Shown here: piece by piece, positions 28,179 to 38,637 of the stretch
Position numbering within the stretch: the first letter of the stretch is position 1
Layout of the letters: each line of letters begins with the position of its first letter
Assembly (NCBI GenBank): GCA_041648395.1
Contig: JBAZPC010000003.1
Span: 12,801 to 76,800, forward strand
Direction: 5' to 3'
Length of the DNA stretch: 64,000 bases
Source: Minisyncoccota bacterium
GTDB lineage: Bacteria > Patescibacteriota > Minisyncoccia > UBA9983
Position numbers and translations under genes: made by a program
Notes under the pieces: model-generated
What the model saw: the letters and a program-made list of their open reading frames with translations, nothing else
Databases searched by the model: none
What the model was told of the DNA's origin: nothing

Positions 28179-29225
28179 ATGAACAAATTAGCTTTATACC
28201 GAAAATACAGACCGAAGGGGTTTGACGAGGTGCTTGGACAGGACCACATCGTGAGCATCTTGAAGAACGCCGTCAAGGCGGGGCGCGTGAGCCACGCCTA
28301 CCTTTTTTCCGGTCCGCGTGGCACGGGCAAAACCAGCGTGGCGAGAATTCTGGCGAAAGAGATCGGCTGTTCCGACATTGACCTTCTAGAAATAGACGCC
28401 GCCTCCTCCCGCGGCATTGACGAAATCCGCGCTCTGCGCGACGCCACCCACTTCGTTCCCCTCCAAGGCAAGGTGAAGGTCTACATAATTGACGAAGTGC
28501 ACATGCTCACCAAGGAGGCGTTCAACGCGCTTTTGAAAACATTAGAAGAACCGCCAGAGCATGTCATTTTTATTCTTGCCACCACGGAACTGGAAAAAGT
28601 GCCGGAAACCATTATTTCCCGTTGCCAAAATTTTTCCTTCCGAAAAATTCCGGAAAATATTTTGCGGGATTCCGTTGTTTCCATTGCCAGAAAAGAGGGT
28701 TTTGATATGGATGAGGAGGCGGCGGGGCTGGTGGCGCTTTTCGCGGACGGTTCGTTCCGCGACAGCCAAGGCATGCTTGACCAAGTTTTTTCTTTGGGTG
28801 ACAAGAACCGCGACCATAAAATCACCGGCAAAGAGATAAGGGAATTTTTGGCGGTGCCGGCAGTGGAAATGGTGGAAAATTTTATCCTCTCAATAATTGA
28901 AAAGAATACAGAGAAGGGTTTGGAGATAATTCAAAAAACGGCAGAGCAAAATAATGACGCAAAAGTTTTTTTGAAGCTGATTTTGCGCGGCGTGCGCTCC
29001 TTGCTCATTTTGCGCCTCGCGCCGGGCATGCAGGAGAAGCTAAAAAAAGCGTTGGGCGAAAGGGAATTCAAATTTTTGGAAGAGCACAAAGACAAACCCC
29101 AGTCGGGCGAGATGGAAAGGGCGCTGAAAATCCTTTTGGACGCCCATGACGCGCGGTCGCGCTCCTATCTGCCTCAGCTTCCATTGGAGTTGGCGCTTAT
29201 GAGAATAACCAGCCAAGAAAATTGA
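28179..29225 (+). CDS. dnaX: DNA polymerase III gamma/tau
   Basis: LYRKYRP, GPRGTGKT, DEVHML, FNALLKTLEEPP. Confidence 0.96.
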   Translation: MNKLALYRKYRPKGFDEVLGQDHIVSILKNAVKAGRVSHAYLFSGPRGTGKTSVARILAKEIGCSDIDLLEIDAASSRGIDEIRALRDATHFVPLQGKVKVYIIDEVHMLTKEAFNALLKTLEEPPEHVIFILATTELEKVPETIISRCQNFSFRKIPENILRDSVVSIARKEGFDMDEEAAGLVALFADGSFRDSQGMLDQVFSLGDKNRDHKITGKEIREFLAVPAVEMVENFILSIIEKNTEKGLEIIQKTAEQNNDAKVFLKLILRGVRSLLILRLAPGMQEKLKKALGEREFKFLEEHKDKPQSGEMERALKILLDAHDARSRSYLPQLPLELALMRITSQEN

Positions 29226-29233
29226 AATAAATT

Positions 29234-30130
29234 ATGAATATTGATTTTTTAATATCTGATTCCACTCTCAAATTTTTCGGAGCTATCCTTTTTGTTTTGC
29301 TTTTGGTGATGATTATTCTTATTGTCGCTTTGCAAAATTCAAGGAAACAAAACAGGGAACTCAAAATAAATAATTCGCGGTTGACCGAGGAAGAGAAAAA
29401 ATTCAAAGAGTTGGAAAAAACAAAGGCGGATTTCATTACCACCGTGGCGCATCAATTGAGAACGCCGTTGACCAAAATAAAATGGGCGTTTCAGGCGGTG
29501 GTAAGCGGGGAAGGGGGGAAAATAAGCGCGGAGCAGAAAAAAATCCTTCAGGTCGGAATGGAGGCGAATAATATGATGATAAAGCTGGTGAACGATTTGA
29601 TGGACATAGACAGGACAGACGACACCTACATGGGATACAATTTTGAAATCATTCCCTTGGGAATAATTATTGCCAAAGTCGTCCATGATTTTTCTTTTGA
29701 GGCGAAAGAGAAAAAAATTAATCTGGAATTTCTCATTTCCGACGAAGACACGCCGGACGTGAAAATTGACCAGGTAAAAATGGAGCTGGCGTTGAGCAAT
29801 CTTGTGGACAACGCGCTGGATTACACGCCGGAAGGCGGGGCGGTTAAAATCATTTTGGAAAAAATGGGGAATTATGCTAAGGTTTCCGTGAAAGACAGCG
29901 GGATAGGAATACCAAAAGAAGAGGCGGCGAATTTATTCACGCGCTTTTATCGGGCGAAAAACGCGGTGCGGATAAAAACGGAAGGCACGGGTTTGGGGCT
30001 TTACATTTCTAAAAACATAATAGAAGCGCACGGGGGAAAAATTTGGGTGGAGAGCCCTGCCTCGCCGAGTCAAGGCGGGGAAGAAAACAAAGGCGCGACA
30101 TTTTTCTTCACCGTGCCGTTCGCGATGTAG
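29234..30130 (+). CDS. sensor histidine kinase
   Basis: HQLRTPL, NLVDNA, DSGIGI, GTGLGL. Confidence 0.93.
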   Translation: MNIDFLISDSTLKFFGAILFVLLLVMIILIVALQNSRKQNRELKINNSRLTEEEKKFKELEKTKADFITTVAHQLRTPLTKIKWAFQAVVSGEGGKISAEQKKILQVGMEANNMMIKLVNDLMDIDRTDDTYMGYNFEIIPLGIIIAKVVHDFSFEAKEKKINLEFLISDEDTPDVKIDQVKMELALSNLVDNALDYTPEGGAVKIILEKMGNYAKVSVKDSGIGIPKEEAANLFTRFYRAKNAVRIKTEGTGLGLYISKNIIEAHGGKIWVESPASPSQGGEENKGATFFFTVPFAM

Positions 30131-30181
30131 ATTTATATAAACTGGGGGACAACAAAGGACTTTGTAAAAAGTTTGTAGGTA

Positions 30182-31057
30182 TTAACTAATCGTTGAATTT
30201 TTAACTGGCCACAATTTTAAGTCTAATGAGGATACTTCTTTTTCTATTAGATTTAAATATTTTTTGAGGCCTCTTTTAGTAATAAAATCTATTATATAAA
30301 ACTCACCTAATCTCTCGGCACTTTCTTTGGCTATTTTACTATCAGGGTCAATTTTTTTTATCTCACTTACTTTATAACCACCAGTAAGACGAGAAAGCGA
30401 TGAAAAATCAAGTTTTTCATAATATGCTGGTGTTTCCAGTGCTGTTTGAAATTGTACAAGCTTTTTTTCTTTGACGATTATTTTCTTATCATAATTAGCA
30501 ACAAAAATTTTACCATTAAACAATGTGACGGGTAAGTAAATAGTAGGAACATCTTTTTTGTTGCGGGCAAACCATACTACTGCTTTTGGCAACTTGAACA
30601 CAGCCTCTGTTATTTGCAACGGTTCTATTTTTGATTTTTTACCCTTTTCTCTTCTATAAACAAGATAATTTTGTGCTAGAGAAAATTTAAAATTATATAC
30701 ATGCAAATCACTATACTCTTTGTTTTTTAAAATTTCTGTAGGAATTTCTGGCGAGTGTTTAAACTCATTATACTTACGTCGAGGGCTCTTTTGAGTGCAA
30801 ATAAAAACCCAGTCATCACCTAAATTTTGTTTACATTCAATGATAAGGTAAAGAGTGATACCATTTACCACTTTCGTGGCAATTAAATCAATTTCTCTCT
30901 TTTTTTCTTCGTCTGCGTCAAAAAAATATTGACTCGGAAAAACTTTGTATCCTTGTTTTTCTAAAAAATCTGCAGTCTCTAATTCCAAAACAAATCCGCT
31001 CTCATAGAGAAAATCAACTATTGCACTACTTTCACTTTTTTTCTTTTGTTTGAGCAT
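30182..31057 (-). CDS. PD-(D/E)xK restriction-endonuclease-like protein
   Basis: SGFVLE...REIDLIA...IIECK motif; AT-rich. Confidence 0.65.
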   Translation of the reverse strand: MLKQKKKSESSAIVDFLYESGFVLELETADFLEKQGYKVFPSQYFFDADEEKKREIDLIATKVVNGITLYLIIECKQNLGDDWVFICTQKSPRRKYNEFKHSPEIPTEILKNKEYSDLHVYNFKFSLAQNYLVYRREKGKKSKIEPLQITEAVFKLPKAVVWFARNKKDVPTIYLPVTLFNGKIFVANYDKKIIVKEKKLVQFQTALETPAYYEKLDFSSLSRLTGGYKVSEIKKIDPDSKIAKESAERLGEFYIIDFITKRGLKKYLNLIEKEVSSLDLKLWPVKNSTIS

Positions 31058-31086
31058 TTATTTGAATTCGTTAAAAACCTTACCAA

Positions 31087-31157
31087 CTGGGGGACATGGA
31101 TTCGAACCATGATTAACGGCTTCAAAGGCCGCTGTCCTACCATTAGACGATCCCCCA
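31087..31157 (-). tRNA. tRNA-Gln(TTG)
   Basis: TGGGGGA/TCCCCCA acceptor, GCGGC-CTTTGAA-GCCGT, GGTTCGAATCC. Confidence 0.92.
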
Positions 31158-31162
31158 AAATT

Positions 31163-31411
31163 CTATATTTTTTCTAAAATACTTAATTTTTCTTTTGACC
31201 CTTTATAACTTTTTAAATATTTTTCTCTTTCCCTCGCATCCAGCCTATTCTGAAATATTTCTTTGTAAACTATTATAAATGGTGTTCTGCTTTTCGTCGA
31301 CCTTACAAAACCCTTATTATGATAATTTAATCTTATTATTAAGTCCTTGGTAATACCTACATAATAACCATTATCCTTTAAACTTTTTAAAATATAAACG
31401 TAGTAATTCAT
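31163..31411 (-). CDS. small GIY-YIG nuclease
   Basis: YYVYIL...YYVGIT...RL..HN, AREREKYLK. Confidence 0.9.
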   Translation of the reverse strand: MNYYVYILKSLKDNGYYVGITKDLIIRLNYHNKGFVRSTKSRTPFIIVYKEIFQNRLDAREREKYLKSYKGSKEKLSILEKI

Positions 31412-31412
31412 A

Positions 31413-31454
31413 GCTGTCCTACCATTAGCCTGCCCGGCCAGGGACGATCCCCCA
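31413..31454 (-). pseudogene. duplicated 5' part of tRNA-Gln with a 15-bp insertion
   Basis: Identical to 31131-31157 except for CCTGCCCGGCCAGGG at 31429-31443. Confidence 0.8.
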
Positions 31455-31525
31455 ATATTTTCGCCTTTTTTATTTTTAACATAAATTCGCCAATTTTGCT
31501 ATAATCTGTGCTATAATAAATTTAT

Positions 31526-31921
31526 ATGACAAGTTATGTAATAAACATAGAAAAAGAGACAATAGATAATGCGAATTTTCGCAAAGTTCTTTTTACGGCA
31601 AAAAACAGCCAGCTGGTTGTTATGAGCTTGAAGCCGAAAGAAGAAATCGGCGAGGAGACGCACGGCTTGGACCAATTTTTGAGAATTGAAGAAGGGGAGG
31701 GGAAGGCGGTTTTGGACGGCGTGGAGCATGCCATCAGCGCCGGTTTCGCCGTCGTTGTTCCCGCAGGCGTGAAGCACAATATTATAAATACTTCCAGTGA
31801 AAAAGAAATGAAAATTTACACAGTTTATTCTCCGCCGAATCATCGCGACGGCGTCATGCACGCGACAAAAGAAGAGGCCGAAAAAGACGACGAACATTTT
31901 GACGGAAAAACAACAGAGTAA
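31526..31921 (+). CDS. cupin domain protein
   Basis: EIGEETH..DQFLRIEEGEG, VPAGVKHN. Confidence 0.88.
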   Translation: MTSYVINIEKETIDNANFRKVLFTAKNSQLVVMSLKPKEEIGEETHGLDQFLRIEEGEGKAVLDGVEHAISAGFAVVVPAGVKHNIINTSSEKEMKIYTVYSPPNHRDGVMHATKEEAEKDDEHFDGKTTE

Positions 31922-33162
31922 TGACAAAAGATAAAGAAATAAAAACAGAAGCAAATTTTTACGGACTGGGAATCGCCCCCAGTCTTTTGGATATTTTAGG
32001 AAAATCGGGATTTAAGTCGCCGACGCCGATTCAGACGCAGGCGATTCCCGTGGCGATTCAAGGCAAAGATATTGTCGGCATTGCCCAAACCGGCACAGGC
32101 AAGACATTGGCTTTCGGCATTCCCATGCTCCAGCGTTTGAATCAAATCAAGGGGCAGGGTTTGGTGGTTTTGCCGACGCGCGAGTTGGCTTTGCAGGTGG
32201 AAGAGGCGCTTATTGGAATCGGCCGCGACATAAAATTAAGGACGGCGGTGCTAATCGGCGGCGCTCCATCGGGACCGCAGAAGCGGGCCATTGCAAACAA
32301 ACCGCAAATTATTATTGCCACCCCCGGGCGGCTGATAGACCATCTCCAGCAAAAAAATATTCATCTGAATGACGTCCGAATAATTGTGCTGGATGAAGCC
32401 GACAGAATGCTGGACATGGGGTTCGCTCCGCAAATAAATCAAATTCTTCGCGTACTGCCCAAAGAGCGCCAGACCATGCTTTTTTCCGCCACTATGCCGC
32501 CGGAGATTATGAAGATGGCGGCTGGGCACATGAAGCTGCCTATTCGGGTGGAAATCGCGCCGACGGGCACAACCGTTGAAAAAGTGACCCAAGAACTTTT
32601 TATCGTATCCGGCGCGCAAAAATTCTCTCTTTTAAAAAAATTACTGGAAAGTTATTTGGGCTCGGTTCTTATTTTTTCCAGAACCAAGCATGGCGCCAAA
32701 AAAATCATGCAGCAGTTAAAGGCCGCCGGTGTCAGCGCGGCGGAAATTCATTCCAATCGCTCTTTAAACCAAAGGCGGGAAGCGTTGGCGGGATTCAAGT
32801 CGGGCAGATATCGGACGCTGGTTGCCACTGATATCGCTTCGCGAGGAATAGACGTAAGCGGTATTGAGTTGGTGGTGAATTACGATTTGCCTTCAACCTC
32901 CGATGATTACGTGCATCGCATCGGCCGCACCGCTCGCGCCGGCGCCAGCGGACACGCCATCACTTTTGCCAAACCGGATGAGTTCAGAGAAATTCGCGCC
33001 ATTGAGCGCCTTATCAGGAAAAGTTTGCCTGTATCAAAATTACCGGAACTGCCCGTCGTGCGGACAATTCCAACACCACCTTCAAATCCTCACAGGGCTA
33101 GGCCATCGTATAGCCGCCCTAAAAGAAATTTCCGCCATAGCAGATTTCGCTCAAGAAAATAA
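31921..33162 (+). CDS. DEAD-box RNA helicase
   Basis: AQTGTGKT, PTRELA, DEAD, SAT, HRIGRTAR. Confidence 0.95.
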   Translation: MTKDKEIKTEANFYGLGIAPSLLDILGKSGFKSPTPIQTQAIPVAIQGKDIVGIAQTGTGKTLAFGIPMLQRLNQIKGQGLVVLPTRELALQVEEALIGIGRDIKLRTAVLIGGAPSGPQKRAIANKPQIIIATPGRLIDHLQQKNIHLNDVRIIVLDEADRMLDMGFAPQINQILRVLPKERQTMLFSATMPPEIMKMAAGHMKLPIRVEIAPTGTTVEKVTQELFIVSGAQKFSLLKKLLESYLGSVLIFSRTKHGAKKIMQQLKAAGVSAAEIHSNRSLNQRREALAGFKSGRYRTLVATDIASRGIDVSGIELVVNYDLPSTSDDYVHRIGRTARAGASGHAITFAKPDEFREIRAIERLIRKSLPVSKLPELPVVRTIPTPPSNPHRARPSYSRPKRNFRHSRFRSRK

Positions 33163-33167
33163 ATTTT

Positions 33168-34991
33168 ATGGAAATTAGAAACATTGCAATTATTGCCCAT
33201 GTTGACCACGGGAAGACCACTTTGACCGACGCTTTGTTGCGCCAGACGGGCGTCGGTGAGGAAGGCGTTTCTATGGATTCAAACGCGCTTGAACTTGAGC
33301 GCGGCATTACTATTTATTCAAAAAACGCCGCGATATTTTATCCCTCGACAAGCTCGGGACGAGTCGCAACGAAAATAAATATCGTTGACACGCCCGGCCA
33401 TGCCGATTTCGGTTCCGAAGTGGAGCGTGTTTTGCGTTCTATTGATTCTGTTTTACTGGTTGTGGACGCGCAGGAAGGACCGATGCCGCAAACCCGTTTC
33501 GTTTTGAAAAAATCATTGGAACTCGGTTTGAAGCCGATTGTGGTAATAAATAAAATTGACAAGCCAGCCGCCGATCCGGCGCGATGCGAGGAGCAAGTGC
33601 TGGAATTATTTCTTGAGCTCGGCGCGACGGACGAGCAGGCGAATTTTCCTGTCGTCTATACAAACGGCCGCGCCGGAATCGCCAAGAAAAAACTGGCGGA
33701 TAAGTCGGACAATCTTGAGCCGCTTTTGGAAACAATTCTTGAACATATTCCTTCTTCTGCTAAGGCAACGGACGGCAAAGTCCTCATGCTGCAGCCGTTT
33801 AATCTCGGTTATGATAATTTTTTGGGGCGGCTCGCCGTGGGCCGTGTCCATGAAGGCGTTGTCATGCCGAATCAAAATATTTTTATTAAAAAGCCGAATG
33901 CCGCGCCCGCAACGCCTGAGCGTAGCGATGGCGGGCGGGGCGAAACGCGCGCAGGAAAACTTTCAAAAATTTTTACTTTCAAAGGGCTTCAGAGAATTGA
34001 GGCAACAAGCGCCAACGCCGGCGACATTGTTTTGGTCGCGGGACTTTCAAATATCGATATCGGCGAGACAATCACGACTGACGAAAACGCGCAGCCGCTT
34101 CCTGCCATCGCCATTGATGAGCCGACCATCGCGCTAACTTTTTTGGCGAACAATTCTCCTTTCGGCGGGCGAGAGGGAAAATTTGTGACATCACGGCAAC
34201 TGCGCGAACGTCTTGAACGCGAGCTTGAGGTTAATGTCGGACTAAAAATTGATTTCAGTGTTGCCGATAATTTTCGGGTTTTGGGCCGAGGCGAATTGCA
34301 TGTCGCGATATTGCTTGAAAATATGCGCCGCGAAGGATTTGAACTTCAGGTTTCCCAGCCGCAGGTAATCATTCGGGAAGAAAACGGCGTTAAGATGGAA
34401 CCGTTTGAAGAAGTAATAGTTGATACGCCAAGCGAATATCAAGGAGTAATAATTGAACGGCTCGGAACGCGCGGTTTTGTTTTGCAAAATATGCGCGCTC
34501 ACGACGCCAACACGCGCCTTATTTTTAGCGGGCCAACCCGGGGGCTTCTTGGTTATCGCAATCAGTTTGTCATTGATACGAGAGGCGAGGGCATTCTTGC
34601 TTCGCGTTTTACGAATTTTTCTCCATACGCGGGAGAAATAAAAAAGCGTCCGACTGGTTCCATGGTTTCCATGATTAAGGGCAAAGCGCTTGGCTACGCT
34701 TTGTGGAATTTGCAGGAGCGGGGCATGCTTTACATCGGCCCGGGCGCGGAAGTGTACGAGGGCCAGGTGATTGGCAACACGGCGAAAGGAGAGGAAATGT
34801 TTGTAAATCCAACAAAAGGAAAACAACTCACCAACATGCGGGCATCCGGTTCGGATGACGCCATAAATCTCGTGCCACCCTTTCTTCTCACTGTTGAGCG
34901 GGGGCTGGAAGTTATGGCGGAAGACGATTATTTGGAAATCACGCCAAAGAGTGTGAGATTGCGGAAACAGCATTTTACGGCAAAGAAATGA
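33168..34991 (+). CDS. typA: translational GTPase TypA/BipA
   Basis: [33 protein letters not shown]. Confidence 0.96.
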   Translation: MEIRNIAIIAHVDHGKTTLTDALLRQTGVGEEGVSMDSNALELERGITIYSKNAAIFYPSTSSGRVATKINIVDTPGHADFGSEVERVLRSIDSVLLVVDAQEGPMPQTRFVLKKSLELGLKPIVVINKIDKPAADPARCEEQVLELFLELGATDEQANFPVVYTNGRAGIAKKKLADKSDNLEPLLETILEHIPSSAKATDGKVLMLQPFNLGYDNFLGRLAVGRVHEGVVMPNQNIFIKKPNAAPATPERSDGGRGETRAGKLSKIFTFKGLQRIEATSANAGDIVLVAGLSNIDIGETITTDENAQPLPAIAIDEPTIALTFLANNSPFGGREGKFVTSRQLRERLERELEVNVGLKIDFSVADNFRVLGRGELHVAILLENMRREGFELQVSQPQVIIREENGVKMEPFEEVIVDTPSEYQGVIIERLGTRGFVLQNMRAHDANTRLIFSGPTRGLLGYRNQFVIDTRGEGILASRFTNFSPYAGEIKKRPTGSMVSMIKGKALGYALWNLQERGMLYIGPGAEVYEGQVIGNTAKGEEMFVNPTKGKQLTNMRASGSDDAINLVPPFLLTVERGLEVMAEDDYLEITPKSVRLRKQHFTAKK

Positions 34992-36250
34992 ACTCGGAAG
35001 AAAAAATTTTTGATGTCGTTGTCGTGGGCGGCGGGCCGGCCGGAATGATGGCGGCCGGCCGGGCGGGTGAATCGGGAGCCAGCGTCGCGCTCTTGGAAAA
35101 AAATAACGCCTTGGGCAGAAAACTTTTACTGACGGGAAAAGGCAGATGCAATATCACGCGGGCGGAATTTGACCCCAAAGATATTATTAAAGAACTGGGC
35201 AAGGAAGGAGATTTTCTCCGCCACGCTTTGTCTGTTTTTGGGACAAGAGAGACGGTTGATTTTTTTGAGAAAAACGGACTGAAAACAAAAGTTGAAAGAG
35301 GTAAAAGAATTTTTCCCCAAAGCGGCGAGGCCGGCGACGTTTTAAAAATTCTAGCCGCATATTTAAAACAAAATAAAGTGAAAATGATGCTTGGCGCGGA
35401 GGTTAAGGAAATCGCGGTTGATAAAAACAAAAAAAAGATTTCAAAAATAATTTTACAAAATGGCGAAGAAATTTACGCGAAAAATTTTATCATTACGACC
35501 GGCGGGAAGTCCTATCCCGGCACCGGTTCCACTGGCGACGGCTATAGATGGATGGGAAAAATTGGCCACACTATTGTTGAAACGAGGCCGGCTTTGGTTC
35601 CCGTGGCAATCAAGGAAAGTTGGCCGAAAGTGGCGCAAGGGTTGTCTCTAAAAAATGTCGGATTATCCGTTTTTCAAAACGGCAAAAAGAAAGCCAGCCG
35701 TTTTGGGGAACTTCTTTTTACTCATTTCGGGTTAAGCGGCCCCATTGTTTTGGATTTGAGCGGGGAGATCGGCGCGCTTTTGAAAAAGGGCGCCGTTAAA
35801 TTATTTCTTGATTTGAAACCCGCGTTGGATTTTCAAACAATGGATAAAAGATTGCAGAATGATTTTTCCAAATACAGCAATAAATTTTTTAAAAATTGCC
35901 TGGATGATTTGCTCCCCAAAAAAATGATTCCGGTTATTGTTGAATTATCAGGAATTCCTGCGTTGAAGAAAGTTAACGAAATAACAAAACAGGAAAGGCA
36001 GAAATTGGTTAAGTTGTTGAAGGGACTGGAAATGACCGCTGGTTCTCTTTTGGGCATGGAGACGGCGATAATCACATTGGGCGGAGTTTCTTTGAAAGAA
36101 ATAGACGCCAAGACGATGAAATCAAAACTGATTGAAAATTTATTTTTTGCCGGAGAAATAATAAATTTACACGGCCCGACCGGCGGTTATAATTTGCAAA
36201 TTTGCTGGAGCACCGGCCGTCTCGCCGGCCAAACCGCGGGAAAAGTTTAA
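34988..36250 (+). CDS. HI0933/BaiN-family flavoprotein
   Basis: GGGPAG, TGKGRCNIT, TGGKSYPGTGSTGDG, GPTGGYNLQ. Confidence 0.92.
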   Translation: MNSEEKIFDVVVVGGGPAGMMAAGRAGESGASVALLEKNNALGRKLLLTGKGRCNITRAEFDPKDIIKELGKEGDFLRHALSVFGTRETVDFFEKNGLKTKVERGKRIFPQSGEAGDVLKILAAYLKQNKVKMMLGAEVKEIAVDKNKKKISKIILQNGEEIYAKNFIITTGGKSYPGTGSTGDGYRWMGKIGHTIVETRPALVPVAIKESWPKVAQGLSLKNVGLSVFQNGKKKASRFGELLFTHFGLSGPIVLDLSGEIGALLKKGAVKLFLDLKPALDFQTMDKRLQNDFSKYSNKFFKNCLDDLLPKKMIPVIVELSGIPALKKVNEITKQERQKLVKLLKGLEMTAGSLLGMETAIITLGGVSLKEIDAKTMKSKLIENLFFAGEIINLHGPTGGYNLQICWSTGRLAGQTAGKV

Positions 36251-36364
36251 ACAAACAACAACTGTTGTCGTTTGGCCTTGGAAATTACACCAAAAAGCAT
36301 CCGCTTGCGCAAACAGGAGAAGAGGTAATTTAATTATTCTTGGATTTGTGATAAAATAGAAAAT

Positions 36365-37063
36365 ATGATAATGAACTTTTTTAGAAAGGATTTAAACCTT
36401 AAAAATAGATGGTGGCACCGACTTTTGTTTGTTGCTTTTATTCTAGCTTTTGTCGTAGTTGTTGGTTTTAGTATTTCAAATATGTCGAACGATGCGCAAT
36501 TGCCGAAATATACAAAAGTCGGCATGTTGTCTGACCGCATGGATACAGAAATTCGCCTCATAGGTAATTTAGTTAAACCTGACGAAAAAATTGCCGTTCA
36601 TGAACATAATTTATACGGTTCATATCTTGGTGAAAGCTTTTATGACGGGAATGGCGGCTGGTTATTGGAACAAGAATATTATTGCTCAAAAAATATTTCT
36701 GACAAAGTTGAAGAGATTTCACGCCAAACTGGTATATATGACTATAGTGGTCCAAAAGATTACACCATCGGCGGCTCATTAGAAGATTTTAAAAAATATT
36801 TACTAAAAGTTAATGCGAATTGTGTGGACGTTAGAAAACTAGACCCTAGCGATCAAATTGGAAATGTAAAAACAGTACTTGGATGGGGACTAGAAGCAGA
36901 TGGAATGGCAGTATGGCAAGAATCGTTAATCAAATCTATTTTTGCAGTTTTGCAAACGCTATTCTTTATAGCTATCGGCTCCCTTGTTCTCTTGGTGCTT
37001 TATTATAAAGTTTTTCTTTACATCGTTTTTGGTCGCTGGAGAAACGATAAAGATAAAAATTGA
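36365..37063 (+). CDS. orphan membrane protein
   Basis: N- and C-terminal TM segments; AT-rich. Confidence 0.7.
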   Translation: MIMNFFRKDLNLKNRWWHRLLFVAFILAFVVVVGFSISNMSNDAQLPKYTKVGMLSDRMDTEIRLIGNLVKPDEKIAVHEHNLYGSYLGESFYDGNGGWLLEQEYYCSKNISDKVEEISRQTGIYDYSGPKDYTIGGSLEDFKKYLLKVNANCVDVRKLDPSDQIGNVKTVLGWGLEADGMAVWQESLIKSIFAVLQTLFFIAIGSLVLLVLYYKVFLYIVFGRWRNDKDKN

Positions 37064-37187
37064 TTATAAATAACATGCCAAAAAATACAAAAAATTAACA
37101 ATTCTTTTGATAATTTTGTTGGTTTTTTGGTAGTATCTACGCTGGTTGAGGTTTGTTGTAAAAATCAAGAAAATTTTGGCAAGGAAT

Positions 37188-37604
37188 ATGAACGAAGAAA
37201 AACTACGACAAATTAATTTGGAGAGGATAAAGGTTTATTACGAACTTCTTATCACGGCGGTATGGGAACGATATAAGCTGTTGCCACAAATTAGCGCCCT
37301 CGCCGCAACTTTATTAATCATTGCCACTTTTAACGAGAAAGTTATTTTATTAACAAATCGTGTCCGTTTCTTGATAATCATTTTTATTTTATTAATACCA
37401 ATTAGTATTATTGGCTATCTTGTTGCTTTACATCAAGCAGAAAATCACGCAAAAAAGAAAATAAAAGAAATTACTGGTAAAGAATTACCAACAAAAAAAC
37501 AAAGCAATTTTTTTATAGCTTATCTTCCTTGGTGTATAGCAGGGATTATTTCTATACTCGTTATTTTCGTAGCTTTTTTGGTATGGCAAGGTTTTACTCG
37601 TTAA
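37188..37604 (+). CDS. orphan membrane protein
   Basis: 3 TM segments; start set at ATG 37188. Confidence 0.65.
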   Translation: MNEEKLRQINLERIKVYYELLITAVWERYKLLPQISALAATLLIIATFNEKVILLTNRVRFLIIIFILLIPISIIGYLVALHQAENHAKKKIKEITGKELPTKKQSNFFIAYLPWCIAGIISILVIFVAFLVWQGFTR

Positions 37605-37869
37605 ACAATTAAATTTATCCTTTTCGCAACCCATTTCGGCGAGCGAGTAGGTAATTAGGCAAAAGTAATGTTGCATTTTTCAGCGATAGCATAATTTTGC
37701 AACAATATTTATTAATCGACTTGCGATATCAGTTTTTAAAAACTCAAATCAAATTAGTCATTTTCTGCATATGCTGGATTTGACTAATCTTAATATGACC
37801 CACAAACTGACTTACGATGTCGGTTTTTTGTATTTATGGCGGGATTTTGTTATCATTTTATTTAATCTT

Positions 37870-38637
37870 ATGACCCAGGATAAAGTTTATATTTATGGAA
37901 GGCATGCCGTTGCCGAGGCGCTTAAGCGCGCGCCGAAGGCGTTGAGAAAGATATTTCTCTCATCGCCCTCCAAAGGCGGGCAAGCAGGTGCTGACGCAAA
38001 CCTAAAAGAGCTTATCCGCCAATCCGGGGTTCCGACGGTGCCGCTTGCGTCGGGAAGGGAATTGCGGGACATCAGCGGTTCAGAGGCGCATCAAGGCGTT
38101 ATTGGGCTTATATCTTTGAAGGGCTTAATGCGTCAATATGATGAATTTGCCGGCGGGCTTTCGATCAGTCCTAACACGGCGCTTGTTCTTCTTGATGAAA
38201 TTCAGGACCCGCACAATGTGGGAGCGATAATCCGCTCGGCTGCCGCTTTCGGAATTTCCGGTGTCTTAATCCCCGAACACAATCAGGCGCCAATCACTAG
38301 CGCGGTGGTGAAGGTCTCCGCTGGCATGGCATTCAGTATCCCGTTGGTTTCAATCGGCAACATTAATGGCACGGTTCGCGATTTGAAGAAGCGCGGTTTT
38401 TGGGTTCTTGGTCTTGATGGAAACGCCAAGAAATCAATCGCCGATGAATCTTTTGACACCCCGACTTTATTTATTCTCGGCAACGAAGCGAAGGGCATCC
38501 GTCAGAAAACGCGCGAACTCTGCGACGCGCTTGTTTCCATTCCGATAGACCCGAAATGCGAATCGCTGAATGTGGCGGCCTCCGCCGCCGTAGCGCTTTA
38601 CGCATGGAGCGCGAAACATGATATAATTAAGCCATGA
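37870..38637 (+). CDS. rlmB: 23S rRNA Gm2251 methyltransferase
   Basis: IYGRHAV, HQGV, DPHNVGAIIRSA, GNEAKG, ESLNV. Confidence 0.92.
   Translation: MTQDKVYIYGRHAVAEALKRAPKALRKIFLSSPSKGGQAGADANLKELIRQSGVPTVPLASGRELRDISGSEAHQGVIGLISLKGLMRQYDEFAGGLSISPNTALVLLDEIQDPHNVGAIIRSAAAFGISGVLIPEHNQAPITSAVVKVSAGMAFSIPLVSIGNINGTVRDLKKRGFWVLGLDGNAKKSIADESFDTPTLFILGNEAKGIRQKTRELCDALVSIPIDPKCESLNVAASAAVALYAWSAKHDIIKP

Noticed and set aside
37964-37988. Degenerate family-B-like sequences in rlmB (SPSKGGQAG) and at 22159-22176
   Set aside because: Only partial similarity; not counted as firm copies
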